From: Eledone cirrhosa
Taxonomy: Eukaryota
Direction: 5' to 3'
Length of the DNA stretch: 64,000 nucleotides
Assembly: GCA_964016885.1 (NCBI GenBank)
Contig: OZ024741.1
Coordinates: 204,848,001 to 204,912,000 of the forward strand
Shown: in pieces, positions 26,486 to 36,418 of the stretch
How positions within the stretch are numbered: the stretch's first letter is position 1
Layout: each line of letters starts with the position of its first letter
The notes under the pieces: generated by a model
What the model was told of the DNA's origin: nothing
Databases searched by the model: none
What the model saw: the letters and a program-made list of their open reading frames with translations, nothing else
Position numbers and translations under genes: made by a program

Positions 26486-26962
26486 ATCAGGCCTTAAAAA
26501 CAGCTATAATAATAATTGTTTCTACTTTCGGCACAAGGTCAGCAATTACCCAGTATCGTAAAGGGAGGTAACTATGCTGGAAAGCATGTCCAACCCTCTA
26601 CCAACTCTGCCAATCCACTGCCCTATAATAATAATAATAATACTAAATAACTATTCTGTTCTTGGTACGGGGCAGCGATTGTCCCAGCGCATTGCTGGTG
26701 CCTTGTTTTTTTTCGTTTTTTTTTCGGCCCGGAGAGTGGAGAGCCGTTGCTCTTTGCTGTAAAGCAAACAATTATTATTATTGTTATATAAAAACTGAAC
26801 TGGACTGGAAAAGTCAACAGTTGACATGATTTTGATTTTGTATCAGTACTGACGGTAATATATATATATATATGCAAAAGTTTTATTTTAAATTGTTGGG
26901 TTACAACGAGTAAATATTTTATAACTGATATAAAAGCACTCAACAAGTTCTTGGAGTAGGTT

Positions 26963-27311
26963 TACGATATTAAGCAAATGGAAACTATATTTATAAAACC
27001 ATATTTATTTCATTATATATATTTCAGGGATATCATATTAAAAATATGGTATGCCCTCTTCAGACAAAATACAATATATAAACAGTTTTATAAATAAATT
27101 TGACATACCTTAAACTTTACAACTTCCATTTAAAACAACTTTTTAAATGGAAGTTGTAAAGTTTAAGGTATGTCAAATTTATTTATAAAACTGTTTATAT
27201 ATTGTATTTTGTCTGAAGAGGGCATACCATATTTTTAATATGATATACCTGAAATATATATAATGAAATAAATATGGTTTTATAAATATAGTTTCCATTT
27301 GCTTAATATCG

Positions 27312-27313
<2 letters not shown>
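26963..27313. repeat. Near-perfect palindrome (173-bp arms, 5-nt spacer) with a hammerhead motif in each arm
   Basis: One mismatch seen between arms. CTGAAGA at 27213, GAAA at 27251; motif at 27205-27270 (+) and its mirror at 27006-27071 (-). Confidence 0.85.
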
Positions 27314-27342
<29 letters not shown>

Positions 27343-27349
27343 ATGTGTG

Positions 27350-30300
27350 TGTGTTTGTATGCATGAGTGTTGGTGTGTGTGTGTGCCGTGAGTGTCAATA
27401 AGTGATGTTTTTTTTTTATGACCATGCTGTAAAATGGAGGGGTAGAGAGGACCCATGAGTCCAGTAAGACATCCTCTCTAGTGCTGGTGGCACAAATAAA
27501 AGCACCCAGTCCATGTTTGTGTTTGTGTGTGTGAGTGGTGTGTGTGTTTGTGTGCATGAATGTTGGTCTGTGAGTGACGTGTGTGTTTGTAGTTTGTATG
27601 CATGAGCGTTGGTGTGTGAGTGAGTGTGTGTGCCGTGAGTGTCAATAAGTGCGGGTTTTTTTTATGACCATGCTGTAAAATGGAGGGCCCTTGAGTCTAG
27701 TAAGACATCCTCTCTAGTGCTGGTGTCACAAATAAAAGCACCCAGTCCATGCTGTAAAGTGGCGTTGGTGTTAGGAAGGGCATCCAACCAGTGTATCAAT
27801 GCCAAAATGATTTATCAGCACAGCAAGATAGGAACAACAAAATATGAAGACGTCACATCTCAGAGATGCAACACTTAATGTTGGCACTCTCAGAGGTAGA
27901 TCTGCTGAAATAGCGGAGATGCTGGAGAGAAGGCATGTGGATGTGTGCTGCGTGCAAGCGGTGAGATGGAGAGGAGCCTCTGCAAGACTAGATGTAGGCA
28001 AACATCTTAGCTATCAGCTTTTCTGGGTAGGTAAGGATGATGGGTTAGGGGGAGTAGGCATTTTCCTGGCTGAGAGATGGATCAATAAGACAATAGAGGT
28101 AGTTCGAGTTAGTGATCGAATAATTAAGCTTAGATTAGTTGTAGGCGGGAGACAATCATCTCTGCATATGCTACACAAGCAGGCCTAGGTAAGAAGAGAA
28201 AGACTGCTTTTACGAGCAACTTTTACAAACAACCGCAATGACAGAGGACGGAGACATCGTTATGCTAGCAGAGGACTTCAATGGTCATGTTGGACAGCTC
28301 CAGGATGGTTACACTGGTGGGCACGGTTGCGGCTCAAGAAATGAAGAAGGAGTGAGACTTCTTGAATTTTGTGATGCCAGTACACTGACTATTTGCAACA
28401 CTAACTTCCAGAAACCTGCCAACCACCTAATAACCTACAAATCTGGCGAGCACATAAGCCAGATTGACTTCTTACTAGTTAGGCAGCGGGACAGGCAGAT
28501 GGTGTCAAATACCAAGGCATACCCTGGAAAGAATGTACCCCACAGCATAGGTTAGTCGTTTGTGATATCTCAGTAAGCAAGAGATGAAATGAGACATACA
28601 GGAAGGTGTGGAGAAGAAAGGTCTGGAAGCTAAAAGACCTTTCACTAAAATACACATTTAGGAAAGCCCTTCAAGATGTATATACGAAAAAGAAGACGAT
28701 TTAGAGACATATGACATAGATAATAACTGGAATTTCTTACATGACAACTTACTGCAGGCTACTGATGAAACCTGTGGCTGGAGCAGAGCTCCAACCAGAC
28801 AGAGAGTAACCTGGTGGTGGAACAGCACAGTAGATAAGGCCATTAGAGACAAAAGACTAGCATGGAAGGCTTGGAAAAAGGGTGGGAGTAGGGAAGGATA
28901 TACAGCCACTAAGAGAGAAGCTAGACGTCAGGTGTACTTAGCACGCAGGGAGGCTGAGAGTAGGAGGTTTGCCAATGTTCTGCGATGGGAAGATCAGAGG
29001 CGTGCGGTGTTCCATATTGCAAGGCAGTGTGTCAATGCAAATCAGGATGTTGTTGGAGATAAATGTGTCCGGAATGATGCCGGTGTATTTAGTGTTACGA
29101 ATGATCAGAAAAAGGAGACCTGGAAATGTCATTATGAGAGACTGATGAATGTGGAGAAAGAATGGGAGAGAGAAATTACCCTCAGTAGATCCGACAGAGG
29201 GACCAGCTATTGAGATTGACGAATATAGGGTCCAAGAGGTGATTAAGGAAATGAAAAATGGTAAGGCTGCTGGACCATCGGGGATAGTTGCTGAGATTCT
29301 GAAGGCATCAGGAGATGTAGACACTAAACTGGTTGCACGCATCATCAATCAGGCTATATATGGTGGTGTCATACCCAAAGACTGGTGCAGCAGTATTCTC
29401 ATAAATTGCTACAAAGGTAAAGGGGGTGCTCTGGAGAGGAGCAATTATAGGGGTATAAAATTGATGGATCAGGTTATGAAAGTGGCAGAAAGGATATTAA
29501 CACAACTAATTGGAGAAAGGGTCAAACTAGATGAGATGCAGTTTGGTTTTGCGCCTGGGAAGAGTACAACAGATGCCCTCTTCTTGGTGAGACAATTACA
29601 AGAGAGGTTCTTAGAGAAAAATGAGCCACTATTCTTAGCCTTTGTTGACCTAGAGAGGGCCTTTGATAGGGTACCCCGATCTGTCATCTGGTGGTCCCTA
29701 AGGAAACTAGGTGTTGAGGAATGGCTTGTGAGGACAGTGCAAACTTTGTACAGAGGTACTGTCAGTAAAGTCAGAGTAGGAATGGTGTTTAGTGAGGAAT
29801 TCCAGGTACAAGTAGGAGTACATCAAGGTTCGGTCCTCAGTCCGCTCTTGTTCATTATAGTCTCCAAGCCATAACAGAGGAGTTTAAGACTGGCTGTCCA
29901 TGGGAACTTCTCTATGCTGACAATCTGGTTCTTAGTTGGAAGCAAGAGGACTGAGAGTGAACCTAGCTAAGACAAAAGTGTTGATGAGTAGAAAAGAGGA
30001 CAAAACTCTGATTCCGTCAGGGAAATGGCCATGTTCGATATGCAGAAAAGGAACTGGCATAAATTCTATAAATTGCACACAATGCAGATCCTGGGTACAC
30101 AAGAGATGTAGTGGGATAGCAGGCAAACTAACAGGTAGAGAGAAATACATATGCAGTTGATGTACAGGGAAATTAGACAGTAGAAGTCGCATTGATAGCA
30201 CCCACCTGCATTTTTCAAATACAGGTGGGTGCTATAGAAGTGGTGGATAGCTTCCGGTACCTAGGAGATCAGATTAGCATGGGAGGGGGGTGTTCCGAGA

Positions 30301-30862
30301 CCATAGTATCTAGAATAAGGACGGGTTAGAAGAAGTTTAGGCAGCTGCTTCCTCTGCTGACGAAGAAAGGTTTCTCCTTGCGTACGAAAGGCCGGTTATA
30401 TTATGCCTGTGTGAGGAGCGGGATTCTGCATGGTAGTGAGACATGGGTAGCAACTGCAGAGGATATGCAACTGCTGGAGAGAAATGAGGCAAGCATGCTC
30501 CGTTGGATGTGCAATGTCAATGTGCGTGAACGACCCAGTATGAATGTATTGAGAGAGAAACTGTCTGAGAAGGATAGAATGTAGTGTGCGAGAGAGAAGA
30601 CTGAGGTGGTATGGACATGTCATGCGCATGGAGGATGACCGATGGGTGAAGAAGTGCCAGGAAATGCCAGTTGAAGGAAGACATGGTAGAGGTAGACCAC
30701 GAAAAACATGGGCGGAGGTGGTGAGAACAGACCTCAGATCATTGAAGCTCACGGTGGAGATGACGAAGGACCGTGACAAGTGGAGAGATACTGTGCTGAA
30801 TAAGACTCGTCCCACCCTTGCAAGCAGGGAAAAGCGGACGTAAAATGATGATGATGATGATG
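27350..30862 (+). mobile_element. RTE family A LINE, near full-length, disabled, with tandemly duplicated 5' UTR module
   Basis: APE N-terminus (TLNVGTLRGRSAEIAEMLERRHVDVCCVQ) at 27844, RT ORF fragments, (GAT)n tail. The 5' block is repeated at about 27352-27515 and 27592-27752. Very similar to 2063..4890. Confidence 0.93.
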
Positions 30863-30983
30863 TTTTGTCCAACGCAAATCGTTGCTGACAGTAATGCCCA
30901 GGTCACATTCACAAGAGGACTTCTTGATATCAGTGTTGTGGAGGGAATATGTGGACGCTGGATTTTTCCTTCCAAAATGCATG
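30863..30983 (-). mobile_element. CR1-like LINE, 5' part of the split copy
   Basis: MHFGRKNPASTYSLHNTDIKKSSCECDLGITVSNDLRWTKH directly precedes HISKIVKK in the uninterrupted copy. Confidence 0.88.
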
Positions 30984-32875
30984 ACAAAAAATGTATTCAT
31001 TGTTAATTCAAATCAATATTGTTTAGTTTGTGTAAATACCAGTATTAAAGAAAGCAGTGACTTAAGAAATAAAGAAAGGGAATTGAAAAATGAAATATTT
31101 ATTTGCTTGTGTATGCATGTATGTTGTGGCCAATGGTAACAACACAAACCAGTCGATGAAAGGTTGTCACACATCTCCGTTCATCTGCTCTGCCTCTTCA
31201 ACATGCAGAACCCCTGGCATATGTCACTTCATGATCCCAGTTATTGCTGAAAAAAAATGTCTATATCACTATTAGCTCTACATTTAATCTTTCATGTATC
31301 AACCTGTCAACAAAAATTCTGTCATAGTTTTCTATGAGAATTTCATCTTAAATTTATACCTATAAATATAGATTTACAAAATACTTTATATTTCTGCCCT
31401 GTTCTATATATATAATGATATTTCAATATAGAAATATGTGAAAACTGGTTGTTAACTTATATCCTCCCATTGCTCTTGATCTGTGTTTCTAACAAATGAG
31501 GTTCTCAATGACCCAGCTTGTCTAGCTGTAAATAGATATCATGTCCAGATACAATTATGTAGTATAAGTAATGCTGACACAGCAAGTCTGTGTAACCTAG
31601 TGGTTAGGGTGTTGGACTCACTATCATCAGGTCATGGGTTCAGTTTACATTGCTTTTCAAAATAGGACTCAGGTTCCCTATTAACAAAACATCCAAGAAA
31701 TTTCCTATGTGATGCAACTTCATAAGAGGCCAGCTAAACCTGTATAGGTGAGAGCTGTAAATTTCATTTTTAATGACGACAGTATGTACTCTTGGGTCCC
31801 AAATAATAGGGGGGGGGGGGTGAAAAATTAATCAGTGAAGGGGTGAGGGACGATTATTCGAACGTGAGAGTAACTAGATAGAGAAGAGTTTACAATCTCA
31901 GTAATTTTGAATATGTAATGAAGAAATACTCTAGTGAATCTTCACTAAATGAAACAAAAGTATTTAGTGATTTCATAATGACCCAATAGGTTATAGGTCA
32001 TAATCATCTCTAAAATATAAAGCTTATTTTGGAAGTGGATGGTATAGTCCAATGGATTCATGACAGTTTAATATTGGTATTATTTAGTGAACTTCAGGTG
32101 GATAAATAGCAAAAGTTGATGTTTTGGGCAGTTTTGACTCTGAATGTAGAAAGAGACAAAACTTAGCCTGATGTTCAACCCTTTTGTTAACTACCATCAC
32201 CATCATCATTATTATTTTATGTCCACTCCCCATGCTGAGGTGGGTTGGATGGATTGTCATGATTGAAGTCAGTTCATATTCAGAGTTACTTCCCTTCTAG
32301 ACAATTTGGAGAACCACATCTTGTTTGTATATTACATTTTTGACATGGCTTATATAACTTCCTAACTCCAACTATTTTATAGAGTGTATAGAGGGCATTT
32401 TATCGTGGTACCAACACTAAAGAAGTTCTTATGTTATTAACTGGACTAAAAGATCTTGATGTTTTGTTTTTGTTTGATTGCTAACCGTTTTACCATGGCA
32501 CCAGCACATACAATACTAAAGTTTATTCAAGGTAATATGATCAAAAGGTCAATTGAAGGGAGAGAAGAAGAATCAAAGTGAGTGGGTGAAGAGGGAGAGT
32601 ATTTAGGGTGAGAGGATGGCACAGATGAGAATAATAGGTGAGGGATAGTAATGGATGATGGGAGAAACAGAGTGTAGGAATTATAAAAGTGACAGTAATG
32701 ATAGCTACATGTTTGCTTGTATGAATGAAAGAAAGTGATGGAGGTCAATAAGAAGTGGTTTTTGAAAAGGGTGCATTGAAAACAGTTGAGATAGGATATA
32801 TCGGGACTAAAGAGAATATTACTATTAGAATGTTTAGAAATATAATATATATCTTTTATGTATATTTAATTTCAG

Positions 32876-33035
32876 ACTTGAACAACTTGCTCAACGTTTT
32901 GAAATGCCCAGTTCCCAGACACGATGGGATAGTCCATTATTTGTGATTCAAGTAGGTGATGAATTACCGAAACAGCAAATTGCAGATGCTTTATTTTTTC
33001 GAAAGGCCCCAGCACCAAACATGTCAACACAATCA
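32876..33035 (+). CDS. KTI12: KTI12 coding exon (LEQLAQRFEMPSSQTRWDSPLF...APAPNMSTQS)
   Basis: TTTCAG acceptor, GTAAGT donor; 160 nt; conserved RFExP...RWDSPLF motif. Confidence 0.95.
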
Positions 33036-34304
33036 GTAAGTCTTGATTCACTACAGAATTTTTTTCACCCCTCCTCATTGTGATGGCACATGACCTAGAT
33101 GTTAAGGTGCTGGTCTCATTATTGTGTGGGCATGGATTTCTTCCCTGGGCTGAGTAGCATGTTTACATTTTACATTGTTCCTGTCCATGTGGTTGAAAAT
33201 GAGTACCAGATATGCGAATATACAGGTATAGATAGACATATCCGTCTAACCCATGCTAGCATGGAAAAAATTGACGTAAAATGGTGATAATGATGATGAT
33301 TATATATATCTATATATCTACAAACACGTGTGTGTGTGTGTATCTATCATTTAATGTCTGTATTCCCTGCTAGCAAGGGTTGCATGTTTCTGTACAGACC
33401 AGATTGGTACTCAAGTGGAGCTACTGACTGCATTTTATCAAGGCACTAGAAAGATTGTCATGTCTTTGACACAACTGAAGAGTCTTTGATTGGCAGATTC
33501 TCTACAGCTGGATGTGTTTATTATGTAGATCACAAACACTAGAGAGGTTGTCATGCTAAGAATCAAAAGGGCATAGAGTAAACTTGGGAAAAACTAAAGT
33601 TTTGTTAAGCAGGAGAGAAGACAGGTCCCTGATCTCATCAGGCAAGGGGTTCTGTTCAATATGTAGAAAAGGAGTAGGTAGTAAATCTATATGATGTATA
33701 CAATATAAATCTTGGATACACAAGAGGTGTAGTGGGATAGCTGGTAAACTAACAGAAAAGGTGGTTTGGCTGCTATGTCTAGCTGGTTGAGCAACCAAAG
33801 AGATGCTCCCTCATTGGTCCATGAAAAAATAAATTAATGATTTTTAAAAAACAAAACTGAAACAATTAACAAAAAAAAACATTTCTGTACCTTTTGAATC
33901 TTAATGACTTGCTCACACACATACTCTCTCCCACATAAACACAACCACTCATTCAGGCTAATCTTTCTCTTTTTTCACTCACACACATAAACAAACACTA
34001 TATGTATATATATAGTGTCTATTACATACCTAGACTCTCACACAATTAAAACACTACACACACAAGTTAACAAAAGCCGATGTTATTCACATGAGCATCT
34101 CTCCTGCTTAAAACATCATAACTTATCACAATGCATTTCATTAAAACCTTGGCAGATCTTTTGTCTTACATTTGTATTCCACGAATTTTAAATGACAAAA
34201 AAAATTTAAGATGTTACTGTGAGAGAGCAGTATTTGTGTGACAGACAGACACAGATAATCCAGTACAATCATTATTATTTTTTTCTACACACATATATGG
34301 AAAA

Positions 34305-34810
34305 TACCATATATACTTACGTAAAAGTTGACCTCTAATTTTAGCTAAAAAATTTGGAATATTCCATAAACCTTGTATAAAAGTTGACCCTAGTATTTCA
34401 CAGATAACAGGTCAACATTTGTGGGTCAAAATATCATCTTGTAAGTAGAAATAACACTGTTACAAAATTATCATGGATTTAAGGCAAATTTATATTATTG
34501 CAAATACATGTCTGGAACTAAATATTTACCCAAACATGTGCCAAAAGTTTGATAGATATGATTAAAAGAACATGTGTAAATATTTATAAGAGTTACACGA
34601 CCTTGTTTATGGATTTTGTTATTTACTAGGATATATATTTTGATACCAAGAATCAATTATTGTAATTCATTGTGTAGTTCATTCAGAGATCAATTGGGAT
34701 TCTGCTACTGATACAGTACTTTGGATTCTAGCTTGAATTTCAAGACCCTCAAAAGTAGTATCCATGAATTTAACTTTAAAAAATTCGACTTTTACATGAG
34801 TCTATATGGA
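34305..34810. mobile_element. Tc1/mariner-pogo-like MITE
   Basis: Degenerate TIRs TACCATATATACTTACGTAAAAGTTGA and TCGACTTTTACATGAGTCTATATGG. Confidence 0.55.
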
Positions 34811-34883
34811 ACTTTCTAACAGCTGGTCTTGATTGTTTCTTCACAATTTTTCACTCTTTTTCTTAACCATTTTTTCATTTCAG

Positions 34884-34946
34884 CAACCATTGTCATCAAC
34901 AAATTTTCTTTACGATCTTGACTGTGTGACAAACAACACAATAAAA
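34884..34946 (+). CDS. KTI12: KTI12 coding exon (QPLSSTNFLYDLDCVTNNTIK)
   Basis: TTTCAG acceptor, GTAAGT donor; 63 nt, phase 0/0. Confidence 0.93.
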
Positions 34947-35100
34947 GTAAGTTGAAATTTTGCTTTCTGTTTTATACACATAATTGTGATATGTGTCATT
35001 GTATGTGGTAGGTGTTGTGTTGTTTGTAGTGTACCAATGTATTTGTGGTATATGTTATTGCTTTTAATCTGAACTGTTTTCTTTGAATCTTTTCCACCAG

Positions 35101-35169
35101 ACAATTATGCAGGCTCAGAATTCTAGTGTGCCAGGAGATCTACTTACTATTCCAGAAGCTGAGGAGAAA
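35101..35169 (+). CDS. KTI12: KTI12 coding exon (TIMQAQNSSVPGDLLTIPEAEEK)
   Basis: CCACCAG acceptor; followed by the U12-type donor GTATCCTTT; 69 nt. Confidence 0.9.
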
Positions 35170-36247
35170 GTATCCTTTTTGCTTATATTCTTTTACTGGT
35201 TTCAGTCATTGGACCTCAGACATGTAGGGACACCATCTTCTTGGGATTTTAATCGGTTATATAGCCTCCTCTTCCACCCACATACTACTCATTTTATAGA
35301 ATAAAATGTATTGGACTCCCTGTTATTTTATCCCCTCTTCCTCAATTTAAACTTTAAACCTTTTAATACCAAATCATCTGAAACTACCTTGTGTTCATCA
35401 TCATCAGTTTTACGTCCGTTCTTCCACGCTAGCATGGGTAAGACGGGTTGTCCTGTTGGCAGTGTCCGGTCGGCTGACCTTGTTTTGCTCATTTGGGAAC
35501 TGATTCTGGCTTGATTTCTACAGCTGGATGCCCTTCCTAACACCAATATGATATAAAACTTTGTTTTGAAATGTATATATTTATCTCAAAACCTTCCATC
35601 ATAATTTTATGCGAGAACCTATGTTAAGTTATTGTTCCAAACACCAGCTTAATTATGAGAAAGTTGGTGTATTTCATTGGAAATATGGTAACAATAGGGT
35701 TAAACTCTTCAGATTAATAAATCTGAAATGATCATAATGCATTCAGTAAGGAGCTTCATATCTGGCCACAATATATATTAGCAATATTATAAGCAAACAT
35801 AAAAAGAGTATAATTAAGACAAATAAATCAAAGAATGTAGAGAGTGATATGTCTCCTAGGTTGGTGGGGGTCCTTATTTACAATATAACCATAACAGATT
35901 ATGGAAAATAATTTTCACACCAGATAGAAAGTGAAAAGAATGAAATGAAATTTACAGCTTGCACCTATGTAGGTTTAGCTTGCCTCCTACATGGTGTATC
36001 ACATAAGGTTTCTTGGGTATTTTAATGATAGGGGATCATGAAAAGCAATGTGAAATGAAGCATCGTGCTCAAGAACACAACACACCACCTAGTTCACAGG
36101 AATTGAACCTGCAACATTTTGATTATGAGTTCAACCACTAAGATAGAAAGTTCTGTACATCTCAACCAACAGTCATGTTTAGAGATCTGACCAATGAAAT
36201 ATTCATTAGAAACTAAATATGTTTTGTTAAATTCCTTAATAATTCAG
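35170..36247 (+). other. U12-type (minor spliceosome) GT-AG intron
   Basis: 5' splice site GTATCCTTT; branch-site-like TTCCTTAAT at 36232-36240, 7 nt before the intron end (CAG); no polypyrimidine tract. Confidence 0.85.
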
Positions 36248-36391
36248 ATAGTATTTAATCGTCATCTGCCATTATCAGAACTACAGCGGTACAGAAGACA
36301 GTTCATTACCTACACAAAGATGCACCCTGTTGAAGATACCAAGAAACTTTCCAATATGTTTGTATCATATCTCAATAATTATATTAGTTGA
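36248..36391 (+). CDS. KTI12: KTI12 last coding exon (IVFNRHLPLSELQRYRRQFITYTKMHP...YLNNYIS*)
   Basis: In frame with the previous exon; matches the end of ORF 36194..36391; conserved tRNA-binding C-terminus; TGA stop. Confidence 0.93.
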   Translation: MVFNRHLPLSELQRYRRQFITYTKMHPVEDTKKLSNMFVSYLNNYIS

Positions 36392-36412
36392 CAATAATTT
36401 ATCATTTTTTAA

Positions 36413-36418
36413 AATAAA
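36413..36418 (+). terminator. Candidate polyadenylation signal of KTI12
   Basis: AATAAA about 20 nt after the stop codon, with T/GT-rich sequence downstream. Confidence 0.4.

Larger units (their letters stand above)
12462..36391 (+). other. KTI12: KTI12 homolog (Elongator cofactor, PSTK-like P-loop protein), 3' part of gene, 7 coding exons in window
   Basis: Exons join in frame through GT-AG introns to give ...VTILDAMNYIKGFRYELYCVAK...RFEMPSSQTRWDSPLF...APAPNMSTQSQPLSSTNFLYDLD...ELQRYRRQFITYTKMHP...MFVSYLNN*. NYIKGFRYELYC, RWDSPLF and LQRxRRQF are diagnostic KTI12 motifs. The N-terminal P-loop exons were not found in the window. Confidence 0.95.

Noticed and set aside
26182-26571. 129-aa His/Pro/Thr-rich ORF
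   Set aside because: Translation of trinucleotide low-complexity repeats running into a SINE.
34858-34883. TTTCTTAAC before a KTI12 acceptor, resembling a U12 branch site
   Set aside because: The donor of this intron is GTAAGT and a pyrimidine tract is present, so it is an ordinary U2 intron.
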